Assembly: GCA_021613535.1 (NCBI GenBank)
Contig: CP075497.1
Coordinates: 434,001 to 498,000, forward strand
Direction: 5' to 3'
DNA from: Adineta vaga
Lineage: Eukaryota; Animalia; Rotifera
Length of the DNA stretch: 64,000 nucleotides
Numbering within the stretch: the stretch's first letter is position 1; each line of letters starts with the position of its first letter. The notes below the pieces were generated by a model that saw nothing but the letters and a program-made list of their open reading frames with translations, made no database searches and was not told where the DNA came from. Below, piece after piece: positions 51,227 to 63,499 of the stretch. A program made the position numbers and the translations under genes.

Positions 51227-51393
51227 TTGGAGAAAATCTTTCGATTTTAAAATATGTTTTATTACCAGTTACATTTGGTAATATGATTCGTGAAGGAGTT
51301 TTTGTTAGAGGATTATATTTAGCAAAGCTATATCTAATACAAGTACTAATGTTGATATTGAAATACCAACAACAAATGTATATCAAAGTGTAA
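51226..51393 (+). pseudogene. Possible C-terminal remnant of a formate/nitrite transporter (FNT) gene
   Basis: VLLPVTFGNMIREGVFVRGLY resembles the FNT last-helix motif PVTLGNIxGGxxFxG. It starts at the repeat arm. Confidence 0.45.
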
Positions 51394-51558
51394 AACAACA
51401 TGATGACACGATTTCATGTTAGTTTAGATTTGAATTAATTTGAAAACAAAACTAATATTTTGTGCTTCATTTATAGTATTTATAGTTTATAAAAATAAAG
51501 AATAAAATTTATCATGAGAATTCTTTCGAAATTAACATACGAAAATTGATTGACATAT

Positions 51559-51598
51559 CTTGAGGGTGTGGGTTAAGAGCATAGCCACACCCACACCC
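51559..51598. repeat. Telomere-like palindromic element (shortest copy)
   Basis: CTTGAGGGTGTGGGT TAAGAGCATAGC CACACCCACACCC. Confidence 0.9.
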
Positions 51599-51798
51599 GA
51601 ATCTTTTATTCACGAAGTTCTGATGGTGATTTGAAGAGGACAAAAAAACAATATTTAATCTTCATTTAGAATAGATTACATAGAGGATTATGTATTTATA
51701 TGACATTTGATGTTGTGAATATAATCTGTATGATATTTAATAGAATGAGAACAATTGATTTCTTGTCAGTTGTACTATTTTTTTGTTACGAATACATA

Positions 51799-52962
51799 AT
51801 GTTTTTGCAAGTATCTTCTACGATTTATTCAATCTTTTTATTACCAATAGTTCTTAGTGAAATGATCAATGATCATCAAATATTCACAAATAAATTCCTT
51901 GGTAAATCGATTGAAATAAGTGACACACAAACTATTCGCACAATTGATGCATTTCTTCAAGGTGTATTAGAAAGATTTTCAATACCTGGTATTGCACTTG
52001 GTGTTTTTCGAAATGATAAAATAATTCATGCAAAAGGATATGGATATTCAAATATTGAACATCAAGTACCTGTAAAACCTGAAACAGTTTTTCAATCAGG
52101 TTCTGTGGGTAAACAATTTACTTCTATGGCAATAATGATGTTAATTGAAAAAGGAAAATTAAGATTAGATGATAAGATAAAGCAATATTTCCCTGATGCA
52201 CCATCAACATGGAATAATATTACAATTCGACATCTTTTGACACATACATCAGGAATGACTGATTATCCTGATCATATTAATTTACAAGATGATTACACAG
52301 AAGAGGAAATTTATCAAGAAATTAAGAAAAATCCACTTGCATTTCCAGTAGGTGAACAATGGTCATATAGTAATCTTGGATATGTAATGCTTGGAATATT
52401 AATTCGACGTATAACAAATCAATTCTATGGGGATTTTCTCAAAGAAAATGTTTTTAATCCTCTCGGAATGACAACAGCTCGAGTTATTAATGAAACGGAC
52501 ATTATTCCAAATCGTGCTTCAGGATACATTCTCGCCAATGGTGAACTTAAAAATCAGGCATGGGTATCACCGTCATTGAATACTATGGCTGATGGTGCTT
52601 TGTATCTAACTATTTATGATATGGCTAAATGGGATGCCGGACTAAATAATAATCAATTACTAAAAGATCCGAAAAGTTTTGATACAATGTGGTCTCCTGT
52701 AAAACTAAATAATGGTTCGACATATCCATATGGTTTTGGTTGGACTCTTGCACGAGCAAAGAATGGAATGCGTATTGTTGAACATGGTGGTGCATGGCAA
52801 GGATTTAAATCATTTGTTATTAGAATTTTAGAAGAAAAACTCACAATTGTACTCTTCGCTAATCTAGGAGAAACAGAAATCGAGGAACTAGCTAAATTAG
52901 TATTACATTTTTATAAACCAGAATTGGTTCCTAATTTGATTTTGAAATCGATAAATCGATAA
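51799..52962 (+). CDS. Secreted beta-lactamase-family serine hydrolase (AmpC/PBP4-like), bacterial-like, intronless
   Basis: SxxK (SVGK), LLTHTSG, YxN (YSN) and HGG motifs. Likely start MFLQVSS at 51799 with a signal peptide; the ORF track starts at 51700. Confidence 0.92.
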   Translation: MFLQVSSTIYSIFLLPIVLSEMINDHQIFTNKFLGKSIEISDTQTIRTIDAFLQGVLERFSIPGIALGVFRNDKIIHAKGYGYSNIEHQVPVKPETVFQSGSVGKQFTSMAIMMLIEKGKLRLDDKIKQYFPDAPSTWNNITIRHLLTHTSGMTDYPDHINLQDDYTEEEIYQEIKKNPLAFPVGEQWSYSNLGYVMLGILIRRITNQFYGDFLKENVFNPLGMTTARVINETDIIPNRASGYILANGELKNQAWVSPSLNTMADGALYLTIYDMAKWDAGLNNNQLLKDPKSFDTMWSPVKLNNGSTYPYGFGWTLARAKNGMRIVEHGGAWQGFKSFVIRILEEKLTIVLFANLGETEIEELAKLVLHFYKPELVPNLILKSINR

Positions 52963-53933
52963 TCGACTATGATTTTCATCGAAATCTATGGAAATAAAAT
53001 TATGTCTCACTGACCAAAGCTCAATAAAGCAATTAATTTGTTTGGTCTTTACATAAAATATTATAAGAAGAATAACATTTACTATGTCGTAATACAATGA
53101 CTATGGATTTTTTTTTCTTTAGATTTTTTGTAATATCATCATGAATAAGACGAAATCAAGTAAAACAGGGCACGAGAATCACGTTATTTTCTTCATTCAC
53201 CCTGAAGAGTGCATTATAAATAATAGTTAACAAAGTTTCTAAGGTCTATTATTTGCACACAAGAATGATAAGAAGTAATATATATATGATTATACAAACA
53301 TATCATGAGAACTTTTTTTCTATTTAATCTCATATAAAATGTCATAGAATCCTCAACTTAGACCGATGTCTTCGTGACTAATTGATATATCTTTTAATTC
53401 GCAAATATTTATCGTTAATTTATAATTCAGAAATTCAAATTCTTTTTCTTTTCATCAACAAAGAATCTCTACAGATGAAACAATTTATTTAATTCAATTT
53501 CTTTTTTCTTCAAAACAAATTTTCATTTGAATTAAATTTAAATCAACTAAAATTATGTTTTTCCTTTGTTAAAATAATTGAATTTTTCATTTCAAATTCG
53601 ATTGTTGATTTATTTGATAAATCTTTGAAATTTTTTCTTAAAAAATTTATGATTTTACAAATCGATTTACAAATTATCTTCGTTTTTCAATCAAGATTAT
53701 TTTCCTCCTTCAGAATCTTCGAAAATCAATTTCATTTCATTTCATTTCTAATTGAAAACACTTTGAAATCAATTTGAAAGAAACAAAATTATCAGAAACA
53801 CAAACACCAAATGGAAATCTTTGATTTAACAAACATTTTTATCAAATTAAATCATTTCTTCTGACAAATTTCATTTCAATTTCACTAAAATCGTTTTTTC
53901 TCAAATCTTTTCGTTTGAAATGCAAAGTTCGTT

Positions 53934-55487
53934 TCAATGAATTTTATCAAATCGAACGATTCGATGATTTTCACAATCTGAAACATACAGATTTCCTTCT
54001 ATATCAAACGATAAACCTTGAGGAGAATTCAATTGATTTGATTTACTTCCTTCACCATTTCCACCAATAACAATCTGACCTTCGTCCTCTCCTTCATACC
54101 ATCGCATTATTCGATCATTCCCCCAATCTGCCACATAGATTCGATTCCATTCATCAACAAACAATCCTTGAGGAGAATTTAATTGATTGAGATTGTTTCC
54201 CCAAGCATTTCCTCCAGCCACAACAACTCCTTCACGAGCATCTTTTCTCCATTTCATTACACGATTATTCTTCGAATCTGAAACATAAAGAGATTGATCT
54301 TTATCAATAAAGATGAAAGTAGGACAGTTGAGTTGATTTTGTTTATTTCCATTTCCACCTGCAACTAACGTTCCTTCTTTGTTTCCATTCATCTTTTCTA
54401 AATTCCATTTTCTCACTTCATTCTTCTTATAATCAGAAACATAAAGAAATCCATGTTGATCCATTGTTAAACCACAACAATCAATATTTTCAATGAGAAT
54501 TTGTTGTTTTTGATCTCTTGACCATTGCATCACTCGTCTGTTCAAGTAATCAGCAATGATGATTGAACGGTTTTGTTGATCAACAATCACGTCTGTTGGA
54601 CAATTCAATTGATCTATTCTATTTCCTTCTTCATTTTCACCTGCAATGATTTGTCCTTGTTTTTCATCCCATTTCCATTCAACAATACGATGATTTAAAT
54701 GATCAGCAATACAAATGGTTTTGTTTTCATCAACAAAGATTCCATAAGGACGAGAGAGTTGATTTAATTTACTTCCATTTCCATTTCCTCCCGCAACACT
54801 TTTTCCATTTTGTTGAATTTTAATTTCTAAACAATTTTCAAAAGAAAAAAGATTTTTGAAAAAGACATTTGATTTGTCTTTGTGTTTTTAATTAGAAAAT
54901 TTAAATCTTTAAACATGAGTTTAAAATCAACTTTTCATTTCAATAAAATAAGAATTCATAACTTTCAACTTACGTTTCGTTAAAATAATTGAAATTTCAT
55001 TAGTGAATTCTTGACGATGTTCTCGGATTGAAATATTTAATGGATTATTCAGTTCTTCAGTCATTTGATTTAATTTTCCTCGTAAATCCTTCAAATCAAT
55101 TTCATTAAATTCATTTTCTTGTTGAATTTCTTTAATTTGTTCACTTAATTCACTTAACTTTTGTTCGATCTCTGTAACAGATGTTTTAGAATGTTCAACA
55201 ACATTTTGTCGATATTTTTCAGCTGTTTGTTGAATTATTCGAATTGAATTTCTTTCCCATTGATCAATTCGTTTGATCAATGAATGATTTAATGGGTTTT
55301 GTTTCTGTTCGTTTATCCTTTGTTTAAATTGATCATAATTATTGATAACAGCGTTTAATTCTTCATTTAATAATTGTTGATGTTCATTTAAATCTGCCAG
55401 ACAAAATTCTTTTGAACATCCTCTGCAAAGAGTTGTAAATTTTTTATATTTGAGACATTTGAAACATTGTGCTGTGTTGTTTGCCAT
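53934..55487 (-). CDS. B-box-like Zn finger / coiled-coil / NHL-repeat protein
   Basis: Exon 1 has CFKC...CRGCSKEFC and a coiled coil. Exon 2 (about 54826-53934) has NHL repeats. Paralogue of 23203-24729. Confidence 0.88.
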
Positions 55488-56115
55488 AGGCATTTGTTTG
55501 AATTGAAGTTGATTAAAGAATGAAATGACTATCGATGCATTTGAATATTTTACACAAACATGAGTCAAAGTCAACAAAAATATTTTGATGTAGGAAAAAT
55601 CACTGATTTCAACAGAGTTCGTAATATTAAATCAAACAAATCTAATACAATGAAAAGAATTTATTAATGTTTTTTGTCAAATCAACAAATATTTGAAAAA
55701 ATTTGTTTTTTTTGTGGAAAAGAATAATTTCGTAAAGATATTGAATAGATGTCACTAATGTTAAAATATTTGTCAAAGAAAAAAGTCGCTCTGCATTGGT
55801 AAGACTGACGGTAATCGGTACTCATGTCAATGCCGTTGTCTTACTGATCATTAACACTGAGAGAAGCTCACTTGAAGCTTTTCTCCTAAAAAAAGACATG
55901 AATAAAATCATTATTCTACATAGTAAGACCAACTTGATCGAGACATTAATAAGAATGAATTGTTCAAAAGATTTTAATACAATATCTGACTCATTCTTTC
56001 TCAAGTTGTCACGTAAACAACCGAATATACTGATTGATTTTAGTAGAATACTCCAAAATTGAGCATATTTAGCATGAAGATGAAAAAATAGATCTGTTAA
56101 ACATGTTTTATTTAA

Positions 56116-58509
56116 CCCTTTGACTTCCGAATTATTTTTTGTTGGATTGCATTCAAGTAAATCACTGAATTAGCTTCCTCTAGACATAAGAGTATATGTT
56201 AGATATATCTTATGTGTTATCACAGGTGATTAATCGATTTGCGCAATATAAGTCACATTGAACTCTACTAGGCTGAACGGAAATTTTAACTGTTGAAGTT
56301 TATTAATTGTAAAACTTATGCAGTGTTTTCATGAAATAACAAAAAACAATTTTTATGCTGTTTTACACATAAAGAAATACCACAAAAACTGCATTTTATG
56401 TTACTAAATATCGGTCGAGCTTTAGTACTGCAATATCCACACCTTCCTTTAGGTCCAGCTACAGGCATATGTGCTAATAATTGAGTTGATAAAGATTTGT
56501 TCTTCGTTGTCATTTGAATTCGTCTTAGCTTTTGAGCAGAAAAGTGAACAGGTCTACCTTTTCTTTTTCTTGTACTAACATCACCAATTAGCGACATTGA
56601 AATAGAAGAGAGGAAGTCAATATAATCCATATGTTGTTCATTGAGATCGTTATAACAAATCAACGCATTCGAAAGACTTGCTTGAAGGAAGTAAATAAAT
56701 ATACGAAACCAATTTCGCTTAGATTTTCTGTCAATCGAATAACAAGAAATGCGTTGATCGAATGAATCTACACCACCCATAAATTTGTTGTATTTAGATA
56801 TCATTTGTGGACAAATAATGCGTTGTTTTGAGCCATCTTTTTCTCCTCTAAAAATTGTTTCTGTTTCTCTTGGATCAAAGGAATTAGTTGCAACAAACAC
56901 CGGCTTCCTGTCCTGCCATTTGACCACAGATATTTGGTTGTAAGAGCAGTATTTATATTCTCCTCTTTTCAGTTTCTCTTTTAGTAAAAGTTCTGTAGGA
57001 AATAACTTTCTATTAGTTCTTATCGTTCCAGTTGCTCCAATTTTCTTCTGTTTTAGTTGTAGCAGCAGAGGAATAGATGTAAAAAAGTTATCAAAAAATA
57101 GCTGGTGATTCACTAAATCCAAGTTGTTAATAAGCTGTAAAACAACACTTTCACCTAATGCTCCTTGTCTAGTTTCTTGTTTACCGGTATAAATGTCGAA
57201 ATTATAAAGATATCCTGTCAAAGAATCTGCTAAACACCACACCTTGTATCCTCTCTTGATCGGTTTTAAAGGTAAATATTGTTTCAAAGAGTTTTTACCT
57301 TTAAATTTGATCATACTTTCGTCGATGCAAATGTTGGTTCCCAAAATAAAGTTCACTTGAAAGTTCGTCTTGAGTAAATGTATGAAGTCGAAAACTTTGA
57401 ATAATTTGAACTTTTTTGAACTTTTTGCAAATTGTTTTTGTTTTGTATTGTCTGATAAATGAAATGAAGTAAATATTCGATAAAATTCTTTTCTTGGCAT
57501 AGTATTCGAAATAATTTCTGTATAAAATATTTTATTCCTATACCAATAATCATTTATTCGAGGTAATCGATGTAGACCCATGATTATCAATATACCGAGA
57601 AAAGCACGAATAGTACTTTCACTAACTTCTTGCCAATTACTTGGTTGTTCTTGTGCCAACCATTTTTTCTTTCCATAAATATTTGTTTGTTTTATCATCA
57701 AATTATAAACATCTTGTGTGAAGAACTTGTGGAAGATGTCAATCGGTTTGATGTTATTGGTAAAATTTATTGTTGTGTGTCCTTTGGCTTCATTTACAGA
57801 AAAAATTGTGTCTTGTATAAATTTTTCACTCCAAATCCACTCAAGTTCTTCTTCCATTTTGTTTTCAGTATCATCATCTTCTTCTTCTTCGTTTTCATCT
57901 TCAATAACGTCTTCTTCATCTATTTCAAGATCACTTTCATTTTACTCATAAAAACCGCTTTCATCAGCAAAAGGTAAGTCACTTGCATTACTTTCTTGAT
58001 CAGTATCCATGTTGTGCTTGTTGTATATTAGAATTACGTTCGATCAAATGGAAACAGTTAAAACTAATTGTATGAGATAAATATAGATGTATTATAGCAG
58101 AAAATCAGTAACTATATATAGATTTCGAACATTACGTTCTAGGAAGATCCAACAGAGAACATGACGTCATGAAAGAATACATATATAATATCATAGAAGA
58201 ATAGCAGAACATAGAAGGTAGATGAGTACAAATCACGTCATTAGAAAAGGAAAATCAAAGATATAGAAGAACGCGTAAAACTGATATACGGCATCAACTG
58301 ATCCAAATACTTCGCGACACTAGCTTGTGTTAAGATCGCAAATACCGCTATGTGAAGGCGGTGTATATGGCACAGGTACTTCGAAAAAAATCCTAGAACA
58401 CTTTCTGTTACATCCTTTCAAAAGATTATGTACTAATTTTTATGAATTACATTATGAGAAATATTAAAAAAACAGGTGTAGCTTTTTTTATACCAGGGAA
58501 GTCAAAGGG
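56116..58509 (-). mobile_element. piggyBac DNA transposon
   Basis: Perfect 13-bp TIR CCCTTTGACTTCC / GGAAGTCAAAGGG. TTAA on both sides (56112-56115 and 58510-58513). Confidence 0.95.
56316..58010 (-). CDS. piggyBac transposase (PGBD4-like) with a nonsense codon in the acidic N-terminus
   Basis: IDESM, DNFFTS, GGVDSFDQ and a C-terminal Cys-rich domain. In-frame ATG at 58010, TAA at 57942-57944, then a 513-aa ORF from 57857. Confidence 0.9.
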
Positions 58510-61015
58510 TTAATTCAGAATTGATATTATGCAGAATCTTTTCCTTTTGATGTATTTTAGATATCAATGAAACAGAAAGATTCATCGATATATCTGGATA
58601 ATTACCTAAATCTCTCGCTGTGAAAAAGCGATCAATATCATCATTATCAGTTCGTAATTCCAATTGACAAAGATATTCTTTGTTTTCAAAAATTTCAACA
58701 GGTTTTATATACATCAAACCTCGATCTGTAGATTGATAAAGACAACGTTCTTCTTCAACCAATTCTGTTTGTAAATCCTGATTTATACGACAAACTTTAT
58801 ATGGAGTGATACATTTACTATCATTCCATGAAAAATAATCATCGTTAATATTTGTAGTTCCATTATAAAAGTAGAATTCACGTAATAAAAATGTATCATT
58901 ACAAGAATCAAGATATTTCTCGTACATATGAATTAATGGTATACAATAAGGTGATTCAAAATAGTCCTTGTAACATTCATGTTCATTAAAAGAACATTTT
59001 GTATTAGGACAATTAATCTCATCTTCACCATTTGGACAATTCCAGTATTTATCACAATATGTATATGGATTATTGCATGGCCACCAATCACAATTGCTTT
59101 CATCAGTTTCTGTAAGCATAAGTGAAACTATTTTTCTGTTGTTATAATGATTGCATAATTCTACAAATGGTACTAGAATTACTAAATTTTGTGTGTATGA
59201 AAATATTTCATCCTCGCCCAAAGGACAATCAGGAGCTCCATTACCAACTGCAACTGATGATAAACATTTATTCGAATCTGATTGACATTTAAATCGATTT
59301 GAATTGTTCCATTGACAGGTATTAAATGTTTCGTCTTCTCTAAAAATACAATCCCGTGCACCATCTCCAACGCGATGATATGAAATACATTTCATAGATT
59401 CATTGCAGTAAAAATAGGATGAATTTATACATGATTTTTCATTACTCATTTTTAAGCATTGATGATAATAAAAGCCAAAAGATGACACTAAATCATTAAA
59501 ATCTTTCATTTCAATAAATTCTGTTAGATTTGAAGGATGACAACATGTTAATCCATTGATTATTTGTGTAGAATCTATTTTCATTAATAACATAGGACAA
59601 CTTTGTATATTAAAACATACAAAATCAGGTATAATATTTTCTTTGAATTGATCAATTGAACGATTAGTAAAATAAATAAATTGAAAAAAACCAAATAAAA
59701 TAGGATGTTCTGGTATTGCTAACCATTCAGAAAAACAATGTTGAGTTAAAGGTTCACAATCTTTATTCCATACATCTGCAATAGACGGAGGTGGTTTCAG
59801 AATATCCAATGCATTAAATTGATCTAAAACAATATATTACATAGAACAAAAGGTAATCTAATTGTATATTGTGCAATGGTATAATATCTAACGTTCTTGA
59901 GTAGAATCTCGATTTTTGTGACTCCTTTTGATCTATGATTTCTTATGCTAGAAATTATAAGGATCAAACACACAGATATTTTTCTCACCTAAACCAAATG
60001 TTCGATTGAAATGAAGTGCACAATAAAATGCTTTTTGACAATTAATACTTGAAATATGATCTATTGAGTTAAGCATGAATCGAGTTAATTCTATGTCTTT
60101 GCCATTAGAACACCTTTTCTGATCAACTGGTAGATAAGTATCTATCAAATATTGACCATCACCACATTGAAAAGACCATGAATATCGACCAGTACGTTCC
60201 TGACATCGAAAGGTGGAAATATATGAACAATCTTGATTCATCATTTTATTATGAGACGAGCGAACTTCTTCTTCATCACTACCATCCAAACAATCAATAC
60301 TATGACTACTATCTTTTTCAAATGTCAATGGAATACATTGACCACCATAATGACATCGATATTCATTATTAGTACATTTAATCATTTCTAACAGATGACA
60401 CCATTGTTCATCTTCTCCATTAATACAATCAATTTTTCCATCACATATTTCACGCCAATCGAAACACATTGGCCATGATCCACGATTACAACCAGTTAAA
60501 AATCGATAACATGTTCCATTGGTAATACTTAATTCATTAGCGAAAGTAGCTTGAACAATATCACCGAATGATAAAGTTAAATCATAATCTAACTTGTATT
60601 GACACATCGAAACAAACCATGGTGATGAACAATTATGAAAAACATCTAAATTGTTTCTATTCATTTCATAATTTTCAGCAACATTAATAGGTGCAAACCA
60701 TTGAAGTAATTGTTCACTTGTTATATTTCGTTCTTTTAATTCCTTAAAACTTATTGTTTCTGCTATATTTCCACTAGAAGAATACGAAATTTCTTCTTGC
60801 TCCTCTTCACTCATATCAGATCGTCTACAATAAGGAATTAAATGATAATTACGAATGTAATGTTTATCACGTTCTTTGCCTCCATCAATCAAATAAGCAT
60901 ATAAACAATCCAATGTTGGATAAGAAATTTGACGAATACCAGAATAGTACAATGAATAACGAGTATTCACTGAAATACACTAGAGTAAAAATAACAACAT
61001 ACGTATTATCATCAT
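58510..61015 (-). pseudogene. 5' half of an LDLa/EGF-GPCR family gene, cut by the piggyBac
   Basis: LDLa repeats (CDGKIDCINGEDE, CLDGSDE, NCPNGEDE). TAG within the signal-peptide codons at about 60980. The reading frame runs into the piggyBac TIR. Confidence 0.8.
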
Positions 61016-61120
61016 AGTTAGTAATGCTATATGAATGTAGACATTTTTTTTTATAAAGCAAGTTAAAATAGTGTTTTTTTTTTCTTCTCGTTCCTGTTTA
61101 TTTGCTACTAGCACAAAATA

Positions 61121-62798
61121 CAGGGTGGTTCAAAACCTTTACGCCCCTGGTTCTACCTCTAGATCAAATGGTTTCATCAACAATTTTATACTAAATCGTA
61201 GCCCGTAAACAACTGCATCAACGAGTGCAGCCATATACTCATGATTAACAATGAAGGAAAAGACACAGGGACGATACATGCATATGTGCACGTACAGATA
61301 AGGAAGAAATGAAGAAAAAGAAAAAGGAAAAGAATAACCAGGACACTTTTTCAATGTTTTTCATTTCTTTCATGTTCTAAACGTTTCTTTGCTCGTGAAG
61401 ATAACTGTTTTCGTTACCTCAAGAACTGAGTTAAGTATTATCTGAACTTCGACAAGTTCCTGATATCGAAATTGAAGAAATTAAAATGGTCACTCTTCCT
61501 GACACAGAAGAACAACGATTTGTGGATCGAATTCGTTGCATTACATACCGTGAGATACGCGATGAAATGATTGCAAGAACAGGGAATACATTTATCAGTC
61601 GCGAATGGATTTCCGAAAAGCTTCATCGTAGTGAAGACTGGGTACCACGGACTTGGAAGAAAACAGTCGAAGAATGCTATACACAATTTGCAGATGGTCG
61701 ACTTCAGGTGCTCTCGTAAGAAAGCAGAAACATTGTTGCTTCAGCAAGTGGTGTTAGAAACAGCGGCTCTCGAAAAATGGCACGAGAATTTTAGAGAAAA
61801 CAGGACAGAAAGTGAGTTATTCTACGGTTCGTCGTGAACGTCAGTGACAAGGATTAAAACCATTCCATGTTATTTCAAAGCCACGGAAACCAGTCACACA
61901 TGTTGAGGATCGAAAATGGCTTGCAAATTTCGTTGCTGACTAGGCCGAGGAAGATTTTCTACATATGGCGCCGTCGGATGAATTTTATATCTATGTGATA
62001 AGAAAACCAAACCATCAAAATGACAGAATTTGGGCAAAATCTGTTGAAGACATCACCGATGATGAAAGGTACCGTGAAATGGTTCAGAACGCAAAATGCA
62101 TTGGAATTTTCGTTATGTTCACTGCAAAGAAACTTCTTTGGATTCTGAAAGGGGATGGTCAATCGTGGAATGGCGCCTATTTTCGTGACATTATTCTGGA
62201 GAAACATGTGATTCCATTTCTGCATAATCCAGTCAATGTTGTTGATACAGATGAAGTCATATTTCTTCACGATAAGGCAGCCTGTATGAAAGCTAATGCA
62301 ACACAACATTTTCTGGAAGATGAAGGAGTGCATTTCTGGGGCAATTCGATTTGGCCTGGCAATAGTCCTGACATGAATCCTGCAGAGAACATCGGTGCAA
62401 TTATCAAAGATAGAGTTGAAGAGCTGATGGCAAGTGAAGATCCTCAAGATAGATACAATTATGACGCTCTCGCAGCTGTCAGAGGATGTCATACCAATTT
62501 CTAAAGTTATAAAATTTACTGTTAAGCAGTTTATATCCTCAATAAATGAGAAACTTCATGATATATTCGAATAGGTGAATGGAATGATGGTTCTTGCACA
62601 CATTCTAAATTAGAGGATATATGGCACTCTGATATATATGGCATAAGCTCTTTTGATTATGTAATAGACAACACCTGATTCGATAGTACAGGTTGATGTA
62701 GCAGTTTACAGACTACGATTTGGTATAAAATTGTTGATGAAATCGTTTGATCTATAGGTAGAACCAGGGAGGGGGCGTAAAGGTTTTGAACCACCCTG
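61121..62798 (+). mobile_element. Tc1/mariner-superfamily transposon (DD37E type), defective
   Basis: ~100-bp TIRs starting CAGGGTGGTTCAAAACCTTTACGCCCC. TA at 61119-61120 and 62799-62800. Confidence 0.93.
61486..62504 (+). pseudogene. DD37E transposase, interrupted
   Basis: SDE, HDKA and WPGNSPDMNPAEN with 37 residues between the second D and the E. Stops and frameshifts between 61719 and 61965. Confidence 0.88.
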
Positions 62799-63499
62799 TA
62801 CTAATTAAATCGATCATCACAGAAAAGAACGAGAGAAAGGATAACTTCTAGTAAAGTTCTACTCATCAATGATGTCGATGAGATATATTTTTGATTTGTA
62901 TATCGATTCTTTCTTTTGATCTGACTTATAGATAGCCTTGAATAGCTTATGCGAATAATAAAAAAGGACTGCGTCTTTTCAAAGATATATGATTTGATGT
63001 CGATATTTTCTGATTAGCAAAAAACACGAAATTTTCTCACGATTTTTCTTAATCAAAGCGTTTTTGGAATGATCAATCGTTTCATTTGTAGGGATTTCAT
63101 TCTCATCAACTGAGAAATAGGAAGTAAATATGGTTTATATTTTTATTCAGCTATCAAAACGAATATCAAACAAACAGAGAGATATTCTTCGTCGAAATTT
63201 ACTTGTTATTATTCATTAAAATCAAATATCATTTTCTCTATAACAGAACTGTAATTCTGACGATTAAAAGTGATATTTTATGATTTATCACGTATTTTCA
63301 CTAACATTTTATCAAAAATAAATGACATTTCGAATACATATAGATGTTTTATGCTGTTTTTCTTATTTACCATAATCTTTGAATTTAACATTTGCAAAGG
63401 TTATCTTTCGATGGGAAAATTGATGACCTTAGTTTTAATTAAACATCTTCCAATATAAAAAGCAGCACTCTTCTGCAAATATTCAAGGTAATTTTACCA

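Noticed and set aside
2395-51598. CRISPR array interpretation of the repeat and unique-spacer pattern
   Set aside because: The arms are inverted rather than direct repeats, copies are hundreds to thousands of bp apart, there are no cas genes, and the DNA is eukaryotic.
2930-63458. Many 60-110 aa ORFs in the track (e.g. 2930, 3756, 15008, 22496, 42260, 47193, 63270)
   Set aside because: Low-complexity F/I/K/L-rich translations of AT-rich non-coding DNA, or antisense to real genes, often with non-ATG starts.
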